A stretch of 64,000 nucleotides of DNA from Octopus bimaculoides (GCF_001194135.2 NC_068995.1:19696812-19760811); one strand, 5' to 3'. Positions 1 through 12,722 are shown, counted from the stretch's first letter. Notes: generated by a model not told the origin, from the sequence alone. A program made the numbers and translations.

Positions 1-984
1 TCAGCTGCCCGGATAGCCACCTTTGCTATCAACGCAGACGATACGGAAACCTTGCAGAAAATACAAAACTCTATCAATGTTGCACGTCTGCAGTAGGAGT
101 TGGACATAATATACAGATGGACTGAGGACAATAATATGCTGTGTAATGCTGGGAAATTCCAAGTCCTGTGCTACCACCCCCAAACCTGAACGGGAAACAT
201 ACAGAGTACACTGGCCCGGCAGAGATTACAATCTCAGAACTTAAACCAGTGCGTACGTTGGGTATTCACATGAGTGATGATACCTCTTTCCAAGTGCACC
301 TTACCAAGATGGCGTCAAAGTGCAAACGGCTGGCTGGTTTGATCATGAGAGCCTTCAAACTCAGAGATAAGGAAACTATGATGGTCTTCTGGAGGATATT
401 CGTTCTCAGCTGCTTGGACTACTGCTTCCAAATTAACAGCGGACCTTGAAACAATCCAGCGAAGCTTCACAAAGTAGATCGTCTCATTGCAACAGCTCAG
501 CTACTGGGAAAGGCTGAAACAGCTAAGACTCTACTCCCTGAAGTGAAGGCAGGAGAGATAAGCAGCAATATATATATGGAAGACCCTGGAATGGATAGTG
601 CCAAATCTTGCATTTGACAGCTACATAAATGCCAGAACTGTTTGCCACTGCACAGTACCAAAGTTTTAAAAAAAGGTGTCACATTTCAGGACCAGTTACT
701 GCAACAGCCGGTGTTTCAAGGGCCCAAAGCTTTTTAATATTCTTTCAAAGATCCTGAGGGGCTACACAAAGTGAATATAGGTGTTTTCAAAGCAAATCTG
801 GATCTCTTCCTGTGGAGAGTCCCAGATGAACCTACCTCGCAGCAGGAGGCGCAAATGAGGGCAGCGACATCAAACTCCCTTATTCACCAAATGTCACATA
901 TCAGAGGAGGCTCTCAATAATAACAGTGTAGCAAAACGGCGGTGCCCCAGCATGGCCGCAGCTTTGAGGTAAAACCGAAAAAAA
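1..984 (+). mobile_element. 3' part of a degenerate CR1/L2-group LINE (RT C-terminus and 3' tail), with stops and frameshifts
   Basis: Translates to ADDT..LQ*ELDIIYRWTEDNNM..N.GKFQVL, VRTLGIHMSDDTSFQVH..MASKCKRLAG.IMRAF, LETIQRSFTK, SYWERLKQLRLYSL and FKANLDLFL.RVPDEP, all typical of CR1-group ORF2. Stop at 918-920, short 3' UTR, then an A-rich end. Confidence 0.85.
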
Positions 985-1737
985 TGGTATGTTAATCCGA
1001 TAAGGCCCTTCATTTATTTTTGAAATGCGATTTTGTACATGTTGGAAAAGGGCCAGTAGCTCCCTTCAGTGGGCTGCTAGAGACTTGGGACTCTTTCCAT
1101 TGTCTTTGTTGTGAAATTTTACATAAGAATTAGCTCTTAGTTTTTATATCCACGCTGTAAATTTTCTTCCTACAGACGTGTGTATGATGAAGGCACATTC
1201 ATTTGAAAGGAGTTGTTTTCCAATGCCAAAATGCATCAGTGCTTCACTTATTCATTTCCGAATTGGCTACACAGTATGAAGAGTGAATATGTATGCCATC
1301 GTATTCTCTAGATTTCTTCTAAAGCGCAGTAGTCTTCTCTAAAATAAAAAAAAAACAATAAAAAAAACGTCATGTGTATGTGACATTTTAAGTCTTTCAG
1401 TTGATTGATTGTCCTCTATGGAAATAAAAACTACCGTCGAGCTTAGATTTCATTAACTTTCGATATTAAAGGCAAAGGAATAATGTACATTATCTTCATC
1501 CTTTTATTTTATTGAATTTGCTTCGATTTTCTATTTCAATTATTGAGTCTTAAACAGCATTAATAGTTGCTATTTCGATCTAGTGTGGTCTCATTAGTTT
1601 GACGTGCTCAGGAATCTAAGGGCTGTTAAATTTTGTCTTATATTAAATTAAATTATTAAATTTACTTTAGGAGGGATAGAAGTGGTATATAATAAAGTCA
1701 TTATCGTTCATAATTCATTATTAATATAAGATGACTG

Positions 1738-1923
1738 AAGGCGGTGTGATGGCGGAACCGTTAGTACGCCGGGCGAAATACTTAGCTTCATTTCTTCTGT
1801 CTTTACGTTCTGAGTTCAAATTCCGTCGGGGTCGATAAAATAAGTACCAGCAGAGAGCTGGGGTCGATGTAATCGATTAACCTCTCTCCTGAAATTGCTG
1901 GCCTTGATCTAAAATTAGAAATC
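1738..1923 (+). mobile_element. tRNA-derived SINE, family A (internally deleted)
   Basis: B-box GTTCAAATTCC and body GGGGTCGATAAAATAAGTACCAG..GGGGTCGATGTAATCGA. 15-bp TSD aatataa(g/a)atgactg at 1723-1737 and 1924-1938. Confidence 0.85.
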
Positions 1924-2869
1924 AATATAAAATGACTGGCGAAGAAAGTAATAGCAATAAATTTAGTTTGAGATTTATAAGTTGTACATTTCAATTCATG
2001 TATGCCCTACAGTCATGATTTGAGTACCATCCCTATGAAAGTTAAAACAAAATGGGTTTTAAACATATTTTAGAATTCCCAGAAAATCTTTACATGCGAG
2101 TAAAATGTTCCGCCTTCGACCAGATATTCATATTGGAAGAATGTCTTCCACGTTTACACAATTAGAAAGCTATAGAAAATATGTCATGAAGATCTCACAT
2201 CCATACATTTTCGTCATACATGTCACACGAAGTAAATGACAATTGTGGTCAGACGCATTGTTGTCCAGCAAACAATTTAGCCTTTTTTTAAATTCTGAGG
2301 AATCAGTAGTTACTATTTTCCGGTGGAAATATTTATTTATTTATTTATGTGATATCATGTACGTTGCACCTTACCATACATTCCCAGTGAAAAAAAATTA
2401 TTTGATATTAGCCTGAATAGTCAAACTTTGCTTGGAAAAATTTCTCAGTAAACTTCTTTTAAATGTTTAAAAAGTATTTTGAAAACTGAATTCTACACCC
2501 TCTGTGATTTTTTTATCTCTTCGGTATAGAATTGCATCGTGGTACTTCCTTAGCAAAGCGTCTATTGCCTACAATCCGTAGTCGTTTGAGATAATAGCAT
2601 AAACATTTACTAAATTAAATGAAACGATGCTTTCATTGGTGAGACGGTTCAAAAGGCCTGGGTTATCCCTTATTAAATTTTGTACAAATTATAGGAGAGC
2701 ATTGAGCTGTATGTCAATGATGTTACTAAGTTTAATAATCACAATCGATTATAGTTCGAAAGCCTTCAGAAATGGTATACTTTTGCATACTAAGGTTGGT
2801 ACTATGTAGGTATCGTTAATTAAATATACTTTTACGGATTTGGGGAGGTCTGCAGAAGTTATAATTAGG

Positions 2870-3460
2870 GGACAATAATAACATCTCGGCTAGAATATCC
2901 AAATGAAAATATATTGAACATACACGCACCTTATGATAACTCAGCCTTAGCTAAGGCCGGACACTGTGAGAAAATTCAATATGCCAATAGTAGTACTAAT
3001 AATAATAAAAAACTCTTATAACTCAACTAGTAATAATACGATTCATTATAACAACTTTACCAAACACAACGATAACTACACACACAATGTCAAAAACCTA
3101 AATAAGACTAACGAAATTCAGACACATTAGAATCAACCATGAGTTGGAGAAAACTTGTAATAGACAACAAATTAAACACCTAACGCCACAAAATCCAATT
3201 GCCGCTCCAAGCATTCAGACAAACAGACCTAACCGGAAATATAAAATCATGACGTCCTTTGGTATAACCCAATCTTGAACTCCAACATCAAATCTAAGAT
3301 CGCGAAACAATTTTTCACCGCACTTGATCGCTGGTTCCCTAAAAATGGAGTATACAGCAAAATATTCAACAAACACACTATAAAACAATCTTATGCAAAT
3401 TCATCAGACTTAGAGCACCGTATTAATAGGATTAACAACCGTAAACTAAGGCGAAGATTA
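2870..3460 (+). mobile_element. Penelope-like element fragment (RT thumb/linker region)
   Basis: NNISAR..NENILNIHAPYDNSALAKAGHCEKIQY and WYNPILNSNIKSKIAKQFFTALDRWFPKNGVYSKIFNKHTIKQSYA resemble the PLE pattern W(Y/F)NPP(F/Y)S.NV.T.IGK.FL.L.D.HFP....L.KIFN..T.K.SYS. Confidence 0.75.
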
Positions 3461-3464
3461 GGCA

Positions 3465-4400
3465 GCATGCATGGTCTAAAGTGGCATTACAAACGCTGGC
3501 ATCCATGAGTGGGACAGGCAACTTGGACAAACTATGGACAGTCTTTCCACCTGACAGTAGTGTAGAGGCAATACCTATCCAAGTATCACTACACACGTTG
3601 CAGTTGTTCCTTCGCACATAAGAAATTATGGTATTAAACGTATAAAATTTGCCACAACCTTCTGGTGCATCTACGTAGAAACGGGAGTGGCTGGGCACCT
3701 CACCTTTCCTCTTCTTATGTACAGATTCAAGCACAGCATTAGTCTCTGTTCCTCAGTCACAGTTGCAATGCCTGGGGGGTCAAGATCTTCATGATGGTCA
3801 AGCTGCAGTACTCCAATAGGTTCAGGCAGCCCAATTGCTAAACAATTAATGTCATTCTCTATCAGAATTGCATCAATTGAGTTTAGTGCCATGTTTTGTG
3901 CCTGTTCTGCATTAAAACCTTGGTGCAAGAAATCTTCAATCATTGGTTCCTTGTGAGTGGTCCACAAGTGAAAAGCACTTGCAGGGTTCATATACGTGCA
4001 CAGGGCAGTAAACATAACACGTAAATCTAAGGGCATCCGACAGGCAGCAGCTTCTAGGAGTGTATGTTCCAGGGTGTCATCGTTTGAGAGAAGACCATAT
4101 CTCAGGCATGCTGCCTTAAATGTTGGCAGGATTTCTCTTCCTACAGTGCGCAGATACTGGAAGCTCACAGAGCCTGAAACATGCAGCAGCAACATTCGCA
4201 AGTCAAATTTTTCTGTCTTTAGGGCTCAATGCATACATTCAACTGATGATATTCGTATTCCCTCGCCTTAGTGTCCGTGTTCTAGTGCGCTCATTAAACA
4301 CATAATGCAGTGGGATGTTAAGGTAAAGTGGTTCCTTGCATCATCATCATGCTTGACATGTTGCTTCGCATAATGCCATCCAAATTACCCATGGTGAATT
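3465..4400 (-). mobile_element. Helitron Rep/Pif1-helicase fragment (frameshifted)
   Basis: MLLLHVSGSVSFQYLRTV...TFKAACLRYGLL.ND...L.EAA...MP..LR.MF and FYVDAPEGCGKFYTFNTII....GIASTLLSGGKTVHSLSKLPV (degenerate Walker A and Pif1 motif Ia). Confidence 0.9.
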
Positions 4401-4614
4401 TGGATGGCATTGAAACCAATGGCGATTTTATTGAATAAATTTGCACTTTAGTATTTCAAGGTATTTTTATGTGGCTTTGGTAAATATATCTGTTAAAATG
4501 AGATGTCAGTATTATTTTCATCTTTGCGTAATTTTGACGACCCTGTATATAAATATGTATCTATCTATCTATCTGTCTATGAATGTGTGTATGTATGTAT
4601 GCACATGCTTGTGT

Positions 4615-4830
4615 GTGTCTTTGTGTCCGTGTTTGTAACCCACTCCCGATTGACAACCGATGTTCCTATATTTACGTCCCATAACTTAGCGATTCGGTAA
4701 AATACACTGCAAAAACAAGCACCAAGCTTTTTAAAAGAGATAAGTATTGGGGCGGATTCATACGGCTAAATGATTCTTCAAGGTGATACTTCAGTATGGC
4801 TGCAGTCTAATGACTGAAACAAGTAAGCGA
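4615..4830 (+). mobile_element. SINE family C, 3' half
   Basis: TTGACAACCGATG..TTTACGTCCC.TAACTTAGCG.TTCGG and tail CTTCAAGG...CAGTATGGCTGCAGTCTAATGACTGAAACAAGTAA, shared with 23986-24490. Confidence 0.7.
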
Positions 4831-5351
4831 TTACATATATACTCATGTGCGCGTATAAATATATGCGTCTGTGTATGTATTTCCATGTGCGCATGTGTGT
4901 GCATAAAGAAAAAGTTAGAGAGGTAAAGTGACAGATTTATAAAGAAATAAGAAAAACAGACCGTTGAGAATAAAGGACGTTGAGTTGTTTAAGATTTATG
5001 CAGTGCTCGGGTTATTGTTTCGTATACTATTGTTGTTTTAGCCTCTCCTTAGTCATCCTCAACCCACTTAGACCAATGGCCCTTAGACAGATGAGCAACA
5101 TCTGTAGTTTTCCACAACCTTCCTCAGTGTCAGTTGTCTGTATTCTTCTCTGATGTTTATTTACTCAAAGCTTGTTAACATTTCGCTCCGTAAAAATATT
5201 AACCAAAATCTCTTTATATACAAAGATGAATGCATACAGAGATGGGAATGTGTGTATCTGTATGTATGTATTTGTACGTATGTATGCGTGTATGTGTGTG
5301 CGTATACACACACAGATACATAATTACAAGGATACGTACATATATTCGAAC

Positions 5352-5402
<51 letters not shown>

Positions 5403-6146
5403 ATACCTTATGGAGAGAAAAAAAGTGTCCTTTGAGAAACTGGAATTTGTAAGTAGATCTCTTGCCAACTTTGTGTAAATCTTACCCTCTAAACTTCCCT
5501 CTCCATAACATAAAAACCGTAAATAAGGGATCCACGACCTTAGAGTAGGAAATTGTTATGGTGATGTGTTCCATAAATAACTTCGTTAAAATTTATGCTC
5601 TTCCTTTGAAGGAAACAGTGACCTTAAAATTTTGTTTCCTGTATCTCCTCTCTCTTCACTCGAAGCTAAAAGTTTATCCTGCTGTCTAACCAATTTTTAT
5701 TGTATTATATTGTACACCTGTATCTGGCAATACTTGGTTACATATTTCTAAACTTGACTGTTCAATGTCTCTATCTGCCTTTACATTTACTTTTCTAGTT
5801 CTGTTCGCTTTACTCTCGCTTTCTTTCCTCTTTCACTCTCACTCACTCTTTCCCTTCTTTTCTCCGTCGTTGTTTTACTACATAATGCGTCTGTGTTTGC
5901 ACGTGTGAGTGCATGCATGCATGCGCGCGCGCGTGTGTGCGTGTGTGCGTGCGTGTGTTTGAGGAACTCGTTTGGCATTCATATGTTTCAGCCCTATTTA
6001 GTGGGCTCTTCAGCACCCGCCCTCTACGATAACCTCGTTCTGTCCAATATCACGTGAGCAAGTAGGGTAGGTAGAAACTGTACAGAAACCTGTTGTGTGC
6101 GTGTTTCTGTGTGTGAGTGTTTGTGTGTGTGTGTATGTAATGTTGA

Positions 6147-6368
6147 TTTCAAATTTTAACGCAAGGCCAGTAAATTCGGGGTGGGGGAGAACATATCGAT
6201 TACATCAGCCCCAGTATTCAACTGGTAACTTATTCAATCACTCCTGAAAGTATGAACGACACGGTCGATCCCACTGGTATTTGGATTCAGAACGTAAAGT
6301 CGGAAAAATGTCGCTACACATTTTTCACTGCGCGGTAATGATTCTGCCAGGTCACTGCCTTTGCGTAT
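6147..6368 (-). mobile_element. tRNA-derived SINE, family A
   Basis: Reverse complement of the family A body. Perfect 14-bp TSD gtatgtaatgttga at 6133-6146 and 6369-6382. Confidence 0.85.
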
Positions 6369-7899
6369 GTATGTAATGTTGAGATGAAGAAATATCACAT
6401 AAATACGGCGAAGATATTTTGTTTATTCAAAATATGCAGATGCTAAACTATTTATTCTAATCATAGTTGAAAGTGTGCAAGCGTATTTTTGCGTTTCCCC
6501 AAGGGCGCTTATCATTTGAAATTTCTAGGTATACGTCCAATAAATGTCAAATTATCAAAATTACACCTAGCCGTGCATGCATATTTAATTTGTTAACCAT
6601 ATTGCTAACGAATGCACATTTAAATAAACTGAACTCTCCTTTTCAAACTGAGCTTTATTTCGTGTTTGATATAAATAGCTGTTTCATTAGTAGCTTCGTG
6701 GACAGATTATGTTGTCACTTTGTCTCCGATGAATTTCTAAACAGAGATGAAATTAATCATAGCAATCCCAATAAATTTCTGCCTTCAGAGAGATGGAAAT
6801 ATTTTTATATTTCACTGTCATACACATTTTAAATTTTAGATATTCTAAGCTACTATTTTTAGTTTACTCAAATTTCCAGAAAATTGTCTTGACTAGAAAA
6901 ATTGTGCAAAACCAGACATTGTGTCTTTGCAAGACTTAATCTAAGAAATGACTAAGAGAAAATCTACAATATCTGTGTTTTGAAAAAAGTGATGTTGGTT
7001 TTTCATTTTGTATCAAAGAGCAGGTCTGGAAAGAAGAATCCCACCTTATATTAGAATGAATTTTCTTGACTGTGCACAATAAGATTTACGGGTCTCCGTT
7101 TCTTTTTTTATACTTTCTTTTCAGTAATTTTGTATAGAAATGATGTTTCGTTCAAAGCAAGTTGAATTGCTGAAGCATGTTTCTGCTCAAACACTCTTTC
7201 TCCAAATTTTGCGGCATATAAAAATACGAATATGATGGGCAAGTGTAATTTTGCCCTGAAAAACCGGAAACCTCACAAAAGCTGTGTAAAGCAGCCGAGA
7301 CAGCAACAATTGCAACAGGCATATTTAACAGAGTAACTTCAAGAACACAGATGTGCTTGCTACGAGTTCTGTAAACGAGCGTGTAGCCCTCTCCGCAAGA
7401 GTTACAACAAGGGAGAACAACAACACAATGTTGTGATGAATAGGAAGGAAGATGAAAAACAAATCATCCCTGCGGTATATGAACGGTAAATACAGGAGGT
7501 AAACATTAACAAAGATATAAGAACCCGAACAAAAGAAACGTCATAGGATTCACAGGAATGAGACATGTAAATAAACCTCTGCAGTCGCTCAAAGATCTGT
7601 ATTTGGAGGCATTAGAACTCAGAATAAAATGTAGCAAAATGGAAGATTTATGTGGTGTGCTCCTAGGAGGTTAAAAATATCCTAACGTGTTCTGATATTC
7701 TTTCTGTCATGTAACCGGAACAAGCCCTTTACTAATATCATGTTGTTCACAAGTTGGAAACAAACTTCCGAATATATTTCGAGTCGAAATTCGAAAGATA
7801 TTTCATATAAATACACTCGGTACATTTGCATAAACATGTCACGTGTAAGCTACATGTTAGGGCTGAAAACCATGTATGTCTAACGTTTTGAAAACTTAC

Positions 7900-8655
7900 A
7901 TCCTTTGGGGTGCTTTCCCGTTTGACTGCACATTTTGAAATTTTTAAATCAAGAGAAAATTTTGAAATTTGTTGCATTGATGTATTTTTTTACGCCGAAT
8001 TTCAGGGCTTAATTCACTTGTGTTAGGGGGAAAAATTTAAAACAGTTACAGGGATTTAACAGTTGATAAATTTTACCTAGTCAGAAAATAGTATTTTCGA
8101 AGCTGTCATTTTGGTGCGTGACTTAAGGCCTATTAAGCTGTTATTTTTAGCACATCTCACGACCACCTCATACCTCATGCGTTTTAAACATTTCATGAGC
8201 GAAAAATGAGTACATGGCTGGACTGGACAACAACAGATGGTTAAACAGCTTGGTAACATTTTTGGCTTGTTCCTATGGAACATGCACCTATATGTCTGTT
8301 GCTTTCGATTGGCTAAAATTATCCAAAATTTGCAAACTTCATAGACATTAACTCCTTATTTATTGATTTATAGCGAAAATGAATTTCATATCAATAATTA
8401 CCATATAGAACTCCATCAATACACAAAATATGAAATCGGAACAAAACTGAAGCAATGGAAAAGTGGCAGCCAAACAGAAAAGATCCCCTCTTTGTTTTAA
8501 TTATGTGTTTTATATCATTTGAAAGATATTTCATGAATGTTATTGGATTTTTAATCACTCTATTAAAAACTTAATACAACCCACGGATTTAACTGTACGA
8601 AATGATGACTCGACGCGCCATATTCCCTGACAATCACACACTACTATGTTAAAAA
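7900..8655. repeat. Unclassified AT-rich dispersed repeat (probable non-autonomous DNA transposon), copy 1
   Basis: Shares collinear blocks with 15890-16630: ATTGATGTA.TTTT.TA.GC.GAAT.TCA, TTAAGGCCTATT..AGCA.A.CTCACGACCACC, TTGGCTTGTT.C.ATG, GAATTTCAT.T.AAT.ATTACC and the end CACTACT.TG(C)TTAA. Confidence 0.55.
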
Positions 8656-8847
8656 GCAAAAAGACTGAAGGTAATGGCGAGTTTGACAACATTAATTATA
8701 AATATACAAAAAAAAGCTCATTGATCCTAATGTGAGTACATTTGGTCGGAGGTCATCTCTCATAGTGTGACGGTTGGAGCTGACTCGAGGTTTACCTACC
8801 ACAACAACATTTTAATGACAATGCCTTCCTCTTACCCCTTTTATTCA

Positions 8848-8902
<55 letters not shown>

Positions 8903-9609
8903 NNNNNNNNNNNNNNNNNNNNNNNNNNNNNNNNNNNNNNNNNNNNNNNNNNNNNNNNNNNNNNNNNNNNNNNNNNNNNNNNNNNNNNNNNNNNNNNNNN
9001 NNNNNNNNNNNNNNNNNNNNNNGTGTGTGTGTGTGTGTGTGTGTGTTTGTGTGTGTGTTTGTTCGTATGCTTGACATATCCGCACATCCGGATATAGTTA
9101 TGTTACTTACACAGCAGTTATGGTCAAGAGCTATGCACTAGTCATGTAAATTGAAGCCAGTCAGTCAGTAGAGTGAGTACCATAGGGGTCAACATGTGTT
9201 GCTAGGGCCCATTGGGAGATCAGAGAGTCTATAGACACAGCTGGTTTTATTTGCTGTTTCTATTGTTATTGTAAGCTTTCTTTCCATTCTAGATGGTGGA
9301 AAGTAATAAACCACACAAGCTACCCTATAGTACTTAGTTTCCTTGTTGATGTTTGTGGTAGTGTTATTGTTGCTGTTAATGATGATGATGGCGACGACGA
9401 CGACGACGATGATGATGATGATGATGATGATGGCGTTGTAGCCCTAGGTCAGTCCTGGTCAAAGTGTTCTACACTTGAGTGTTATATGTCGTTATTTTAC
9501 GAACATTTTGTCTTATCTTTTACTTGTTTCAGTCATTAAACTACAGCCATGCTAAAGCAGCGCCTTAGCGGAATTTTAGACGAGTCAACTGACTTCAGTA
9601 CGTATATAT

Positions 9610-9683
<74 letters not shown>

Positions 9684-9935
9684 TTAAGTATTTACTTATT
9701 CTCTCATGCTTCTTTTAACGATCCATTAAGTTACGTGAAAGTAAACAAAGTAATACCGGTTGTCGAGCGGTGGTTGGGACAAAAAACACACACACACGCA
9801 CATATATACACGCGTTGTCCAATCAATAAGTATCAGAATTGTTGCCATTATAACGAAGCCAAAGCGAGCACGGCGAAGCCGCTTTGGCACAGATTGTATT
9901 TACGATGGAAATTTTAAATAATATTTTGCGTAGTG

Positions 9936-10358
9936 TAAAGTGTCAAGCTGGCAGAATTCCTTTCTTTTCTACTCAAGTCACAAGGCCCGAAATCTTGGAG
10001 GAGGGGGCCAGTCGATTAAATCGACCCCAGTACACAACTTGTACTTAATTTATCGACCCCGAAAGGATGAAAGGCAAAGTCGACCTCGGCAGAATTTGAA
10101 CTCAGAACGTAGAGACAGACGAAATACCACTAAGAATTTCTGCCAGTTCGCCGCCTTGCAAGCTGGCAAAATCGTTAACACGCCGGGAAAGATATTTAGC
10201 GGCATTTAGTGCGTCTTCAAGTTCTGAGTTCAAATTCCACCGAGGTTAACTTCCCATTTCGTCAATTTAGGGTCTATAAAATAAGTACAAGTCGAGCACT
10301 GGTGTCGATGTAATCGACTTAGCCCCTCCCACAAATCTTGTGCCAAAATTTGAAACCG
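9936..10358 (+). mobile_element. Family A SINE (+) interrupted by a second family A SINE (-) at 9958-10158
   Basis: Outer 15-bp TSD atattttgcgtagtg at 9921-9935 and 10359-10373. Inner 14-bp TSD caagctggca(g/a)aat at 9944-9957 and 10159-10172. Confidence 0.9.
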
Positions 10359-10830
10359 ATATTTTGCGTAGTGCATCACCTTGAAACATTATCCGAAGTC
10401 ACTGCTATTTATAAGCAGTTCAAAAGCGTCATAAGTTCGTTCATTTTCCGCATTAGAAAGAGTTTCATTGGTTGATAAAACTCTTCGTGAAAACTACTTG
10501 ATTTAAACTATTTTTACTCACTCCTAATTTTCACTGGTCCTCCTACTTAATCTACCATTTAACCTCAAGCGTTTGCTAAATCAACTCTCATGTAACACAG
10601 GTCTTTATGTTGAGTAGTGGTGATAAGTAACAGTGGTATAATTTAACTGAACATACCCTTAGTGAGTATATCATTAGTGAACCGAAACCAGGAAATAATT
10701 CACTTAGTAAAATATCACAAAAATCCACAGAAAACCTCAGTAGAAAATTTCAATCAATAACACGTCTATAATTTCTTTTGCTTCAATTTTTATTTACTTA
10801 AAACATCAGATAAAATGGGGATTTCGTCAC

Positions 10831-11022
10831 CTGCGTGTAATGCCATTCCATGAATTGCTGTCATAGTGTACAAGACTTGCATTGTCAGAAAATAATTGAC
10901 ATGAATTATTTGTTTCATTACTTGGGCTATTATTTTTGGTATTTAAGTGAAATGTGATATTTTCCCTGTGACATATTTCTGAGGAAAAATTGGATTCTTT
11001 TTTCCGTCTCTTAATTTCCATC
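10831..11022 (-). CDS. Candidate 192-nt coding exon (phase 2-2), product unknown
   Basis: Acceptor attatttacttag|G and donor CAG|GTGACG. Only one frame is open: MEIKRRKKESNFSSEICHRENITFHLNTKNNSPSNETNNSCQLFSDNASLVHYDSNSWNGITR. Not recognised as a TE. Confidence 0.3.
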
Positions 11023-11185
11023 CTAAGTAAATAATGCCTAGTTAACTAATGTAAGGGAAGGTGAAGATATCACGGCAACGGTAGTAGGACGCGGGATAAA
11101 TTGAACTTGAGTGAAAATTTAACACTGAACGAAATTAACTCCTTCCAGTAATTCTATTTCCTTGTGTTTAATTTCTGGGCAAGTT

Positions 11186-11470
11186 AAGGCGGTGAACTGG
11201 CAGAAGCGTTAGCACCCCGGGCGAAATGCTTAGCGGCATTTCTTCTGCCGTTACGATCTGAGTTCAAATTCCGCCGATGTCAACTTTACCTTTCATCCTT
11301 TTGGGGTCCATAAATTAAGTACTAGTTACGCACTGGAGTTGACTTAATCCTTTTGTCTGTCCTTGTTTGTGCCCTCTATGTTTAGCCCCTTGTGGGCAAT
11401 AAAGAAATAAGAAACGTTAGCATCCAGGGCGAAATGCTTAGCAGTATTTCGTCTGTCGTTACGTTCTGAA
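11186..11470 (+). mobile_element. Family A SINE with the alternative (A') tail, followed by a partial second head
   Basis: Full head and body, tail TTTGTCTGTCCTTGTTTGT..TTTAGCCCCTTGTGGGCAATAAAGAAATA, then GAAACGTTAGCA..GGGCGAAATGCTTAGC repeated. Confidence 0.85.
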
Positions 11471-12627
11471 ACCTCAGATATACCAATGAAACCGGAAAAG
11501 AAGCAGCCCCTCTCTCTTATTGTTTATAAATTCGGACATATGTATTTCGATATTACCTTCACAATTTTACTGCCATTATTATCAGAATTATACTAGAGTT
11601 TGGACAAAACTCCTCTAGGACAAAATCCCCCTCGGACAAACGTCCCTCGGACAAGACCTCCATAGTTAAAGTGTGAAAGCGGACAAACCCCACTCGCTAA
11701 TATTTTTCGGTAATTTTTCGTTTTTTCCACTTATACTTGATTCAGACATTAGACTGTGCCCATTCTGGGGTATCGCCTTGAACAATTTTTAGTTGAACGT
11801 ATCAACCCTATTAGATTCTTTTTTCATTTTTACTTGCTGCCCCTTGCTGGAGCACCACTTTAAAAATTTTTTGACGACTGTATCGGACCCAGAATATTTT
11901 TTAAGCCTGGTCAAAACCACCTGTGATATATTTGTGTTGTTTTTTTTTTGTTTTTGTTTTTTTTTGTACTTGTTAAATCATTAAACTGCAGCAGTGAGAA
12001 ACATTAACTCTTCATTCATCTGATAACATATATAATGTAGCTAAGAAATGGTGGTAGTTTGAATTAAATTTAATTAAAATAAAAATATTGAGTCCTTTGA
12101 ACCCAGTTGGTAATTAGTGATATACATTTTCTCTGGTAGCCCAAGGGTTAATGATGTACACACATACATGACAGGTATACGTAATACTGAAATACACATA
12201 AAGTAAACACATGCAGACAAATATATTAATATAACAAATTTTAGAAAATAATAAATACATACAATCGATGAAGAGACAAAAGAAACAGTAAGACGATATG
12301 TGTTGACTTTATCAAGTATTTCTGGTTATTTAGAAACCTACAATGAACAGATGATTTCACAAACTCTAAGCCATAAATTTCACAGGGTACAGCTGTAAAT
12401 TTGACTCCGCTCCGCTAAACGCAGAAAATTTCTGTTTCGCTCGTGGCTAAAAATACACAATTTTTCGATTTTTAAAACTCAGTAACTTTTCCCTCCAATT
12501 TTTTTCTCCACAACATTATACCATCATAGCAATTAGACTGGAAAACTTTATCATTATAGCCAATTTTCAGATTTTTTACTATCTTTTAAAAAAATCATAT
12601 TTTGCGAATGAAAAAATCTAAATCCCG

Positions 12628-12722
12628 CAAGTGGTACTTAATTTATCGACCCCGAAATGATGAAAAGCAAAGTCGACCTCGGCGGAATTAGAACTCAGAA
12701 CGTAAAGACAGACGAAATACCG
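12628..12722 (-). mobile_element. Family A SINE fragment
   Basis: GGTACTTAATTTATCGACCCCGAAA.GATGAAA.GCAAAGTCGACCTCGGCGGAATT. Confidence 0.8.

Noticed and set aside
11595-11700. Short GGACAAAA.CCC repeats that could be mistaken for a CRISPR or iteron array
   Set aside because: Only 4-5 degenerate ~14-bp units with no spacers; resembles subterminal repeats of a DNA-transposon remnant, and the context is eukaryotic.
12130-12153. piggyBac-like end GGTAGCCCAAGGGTTAA
   Set aside because: No partner TIR found, so an element cannot be delimited.
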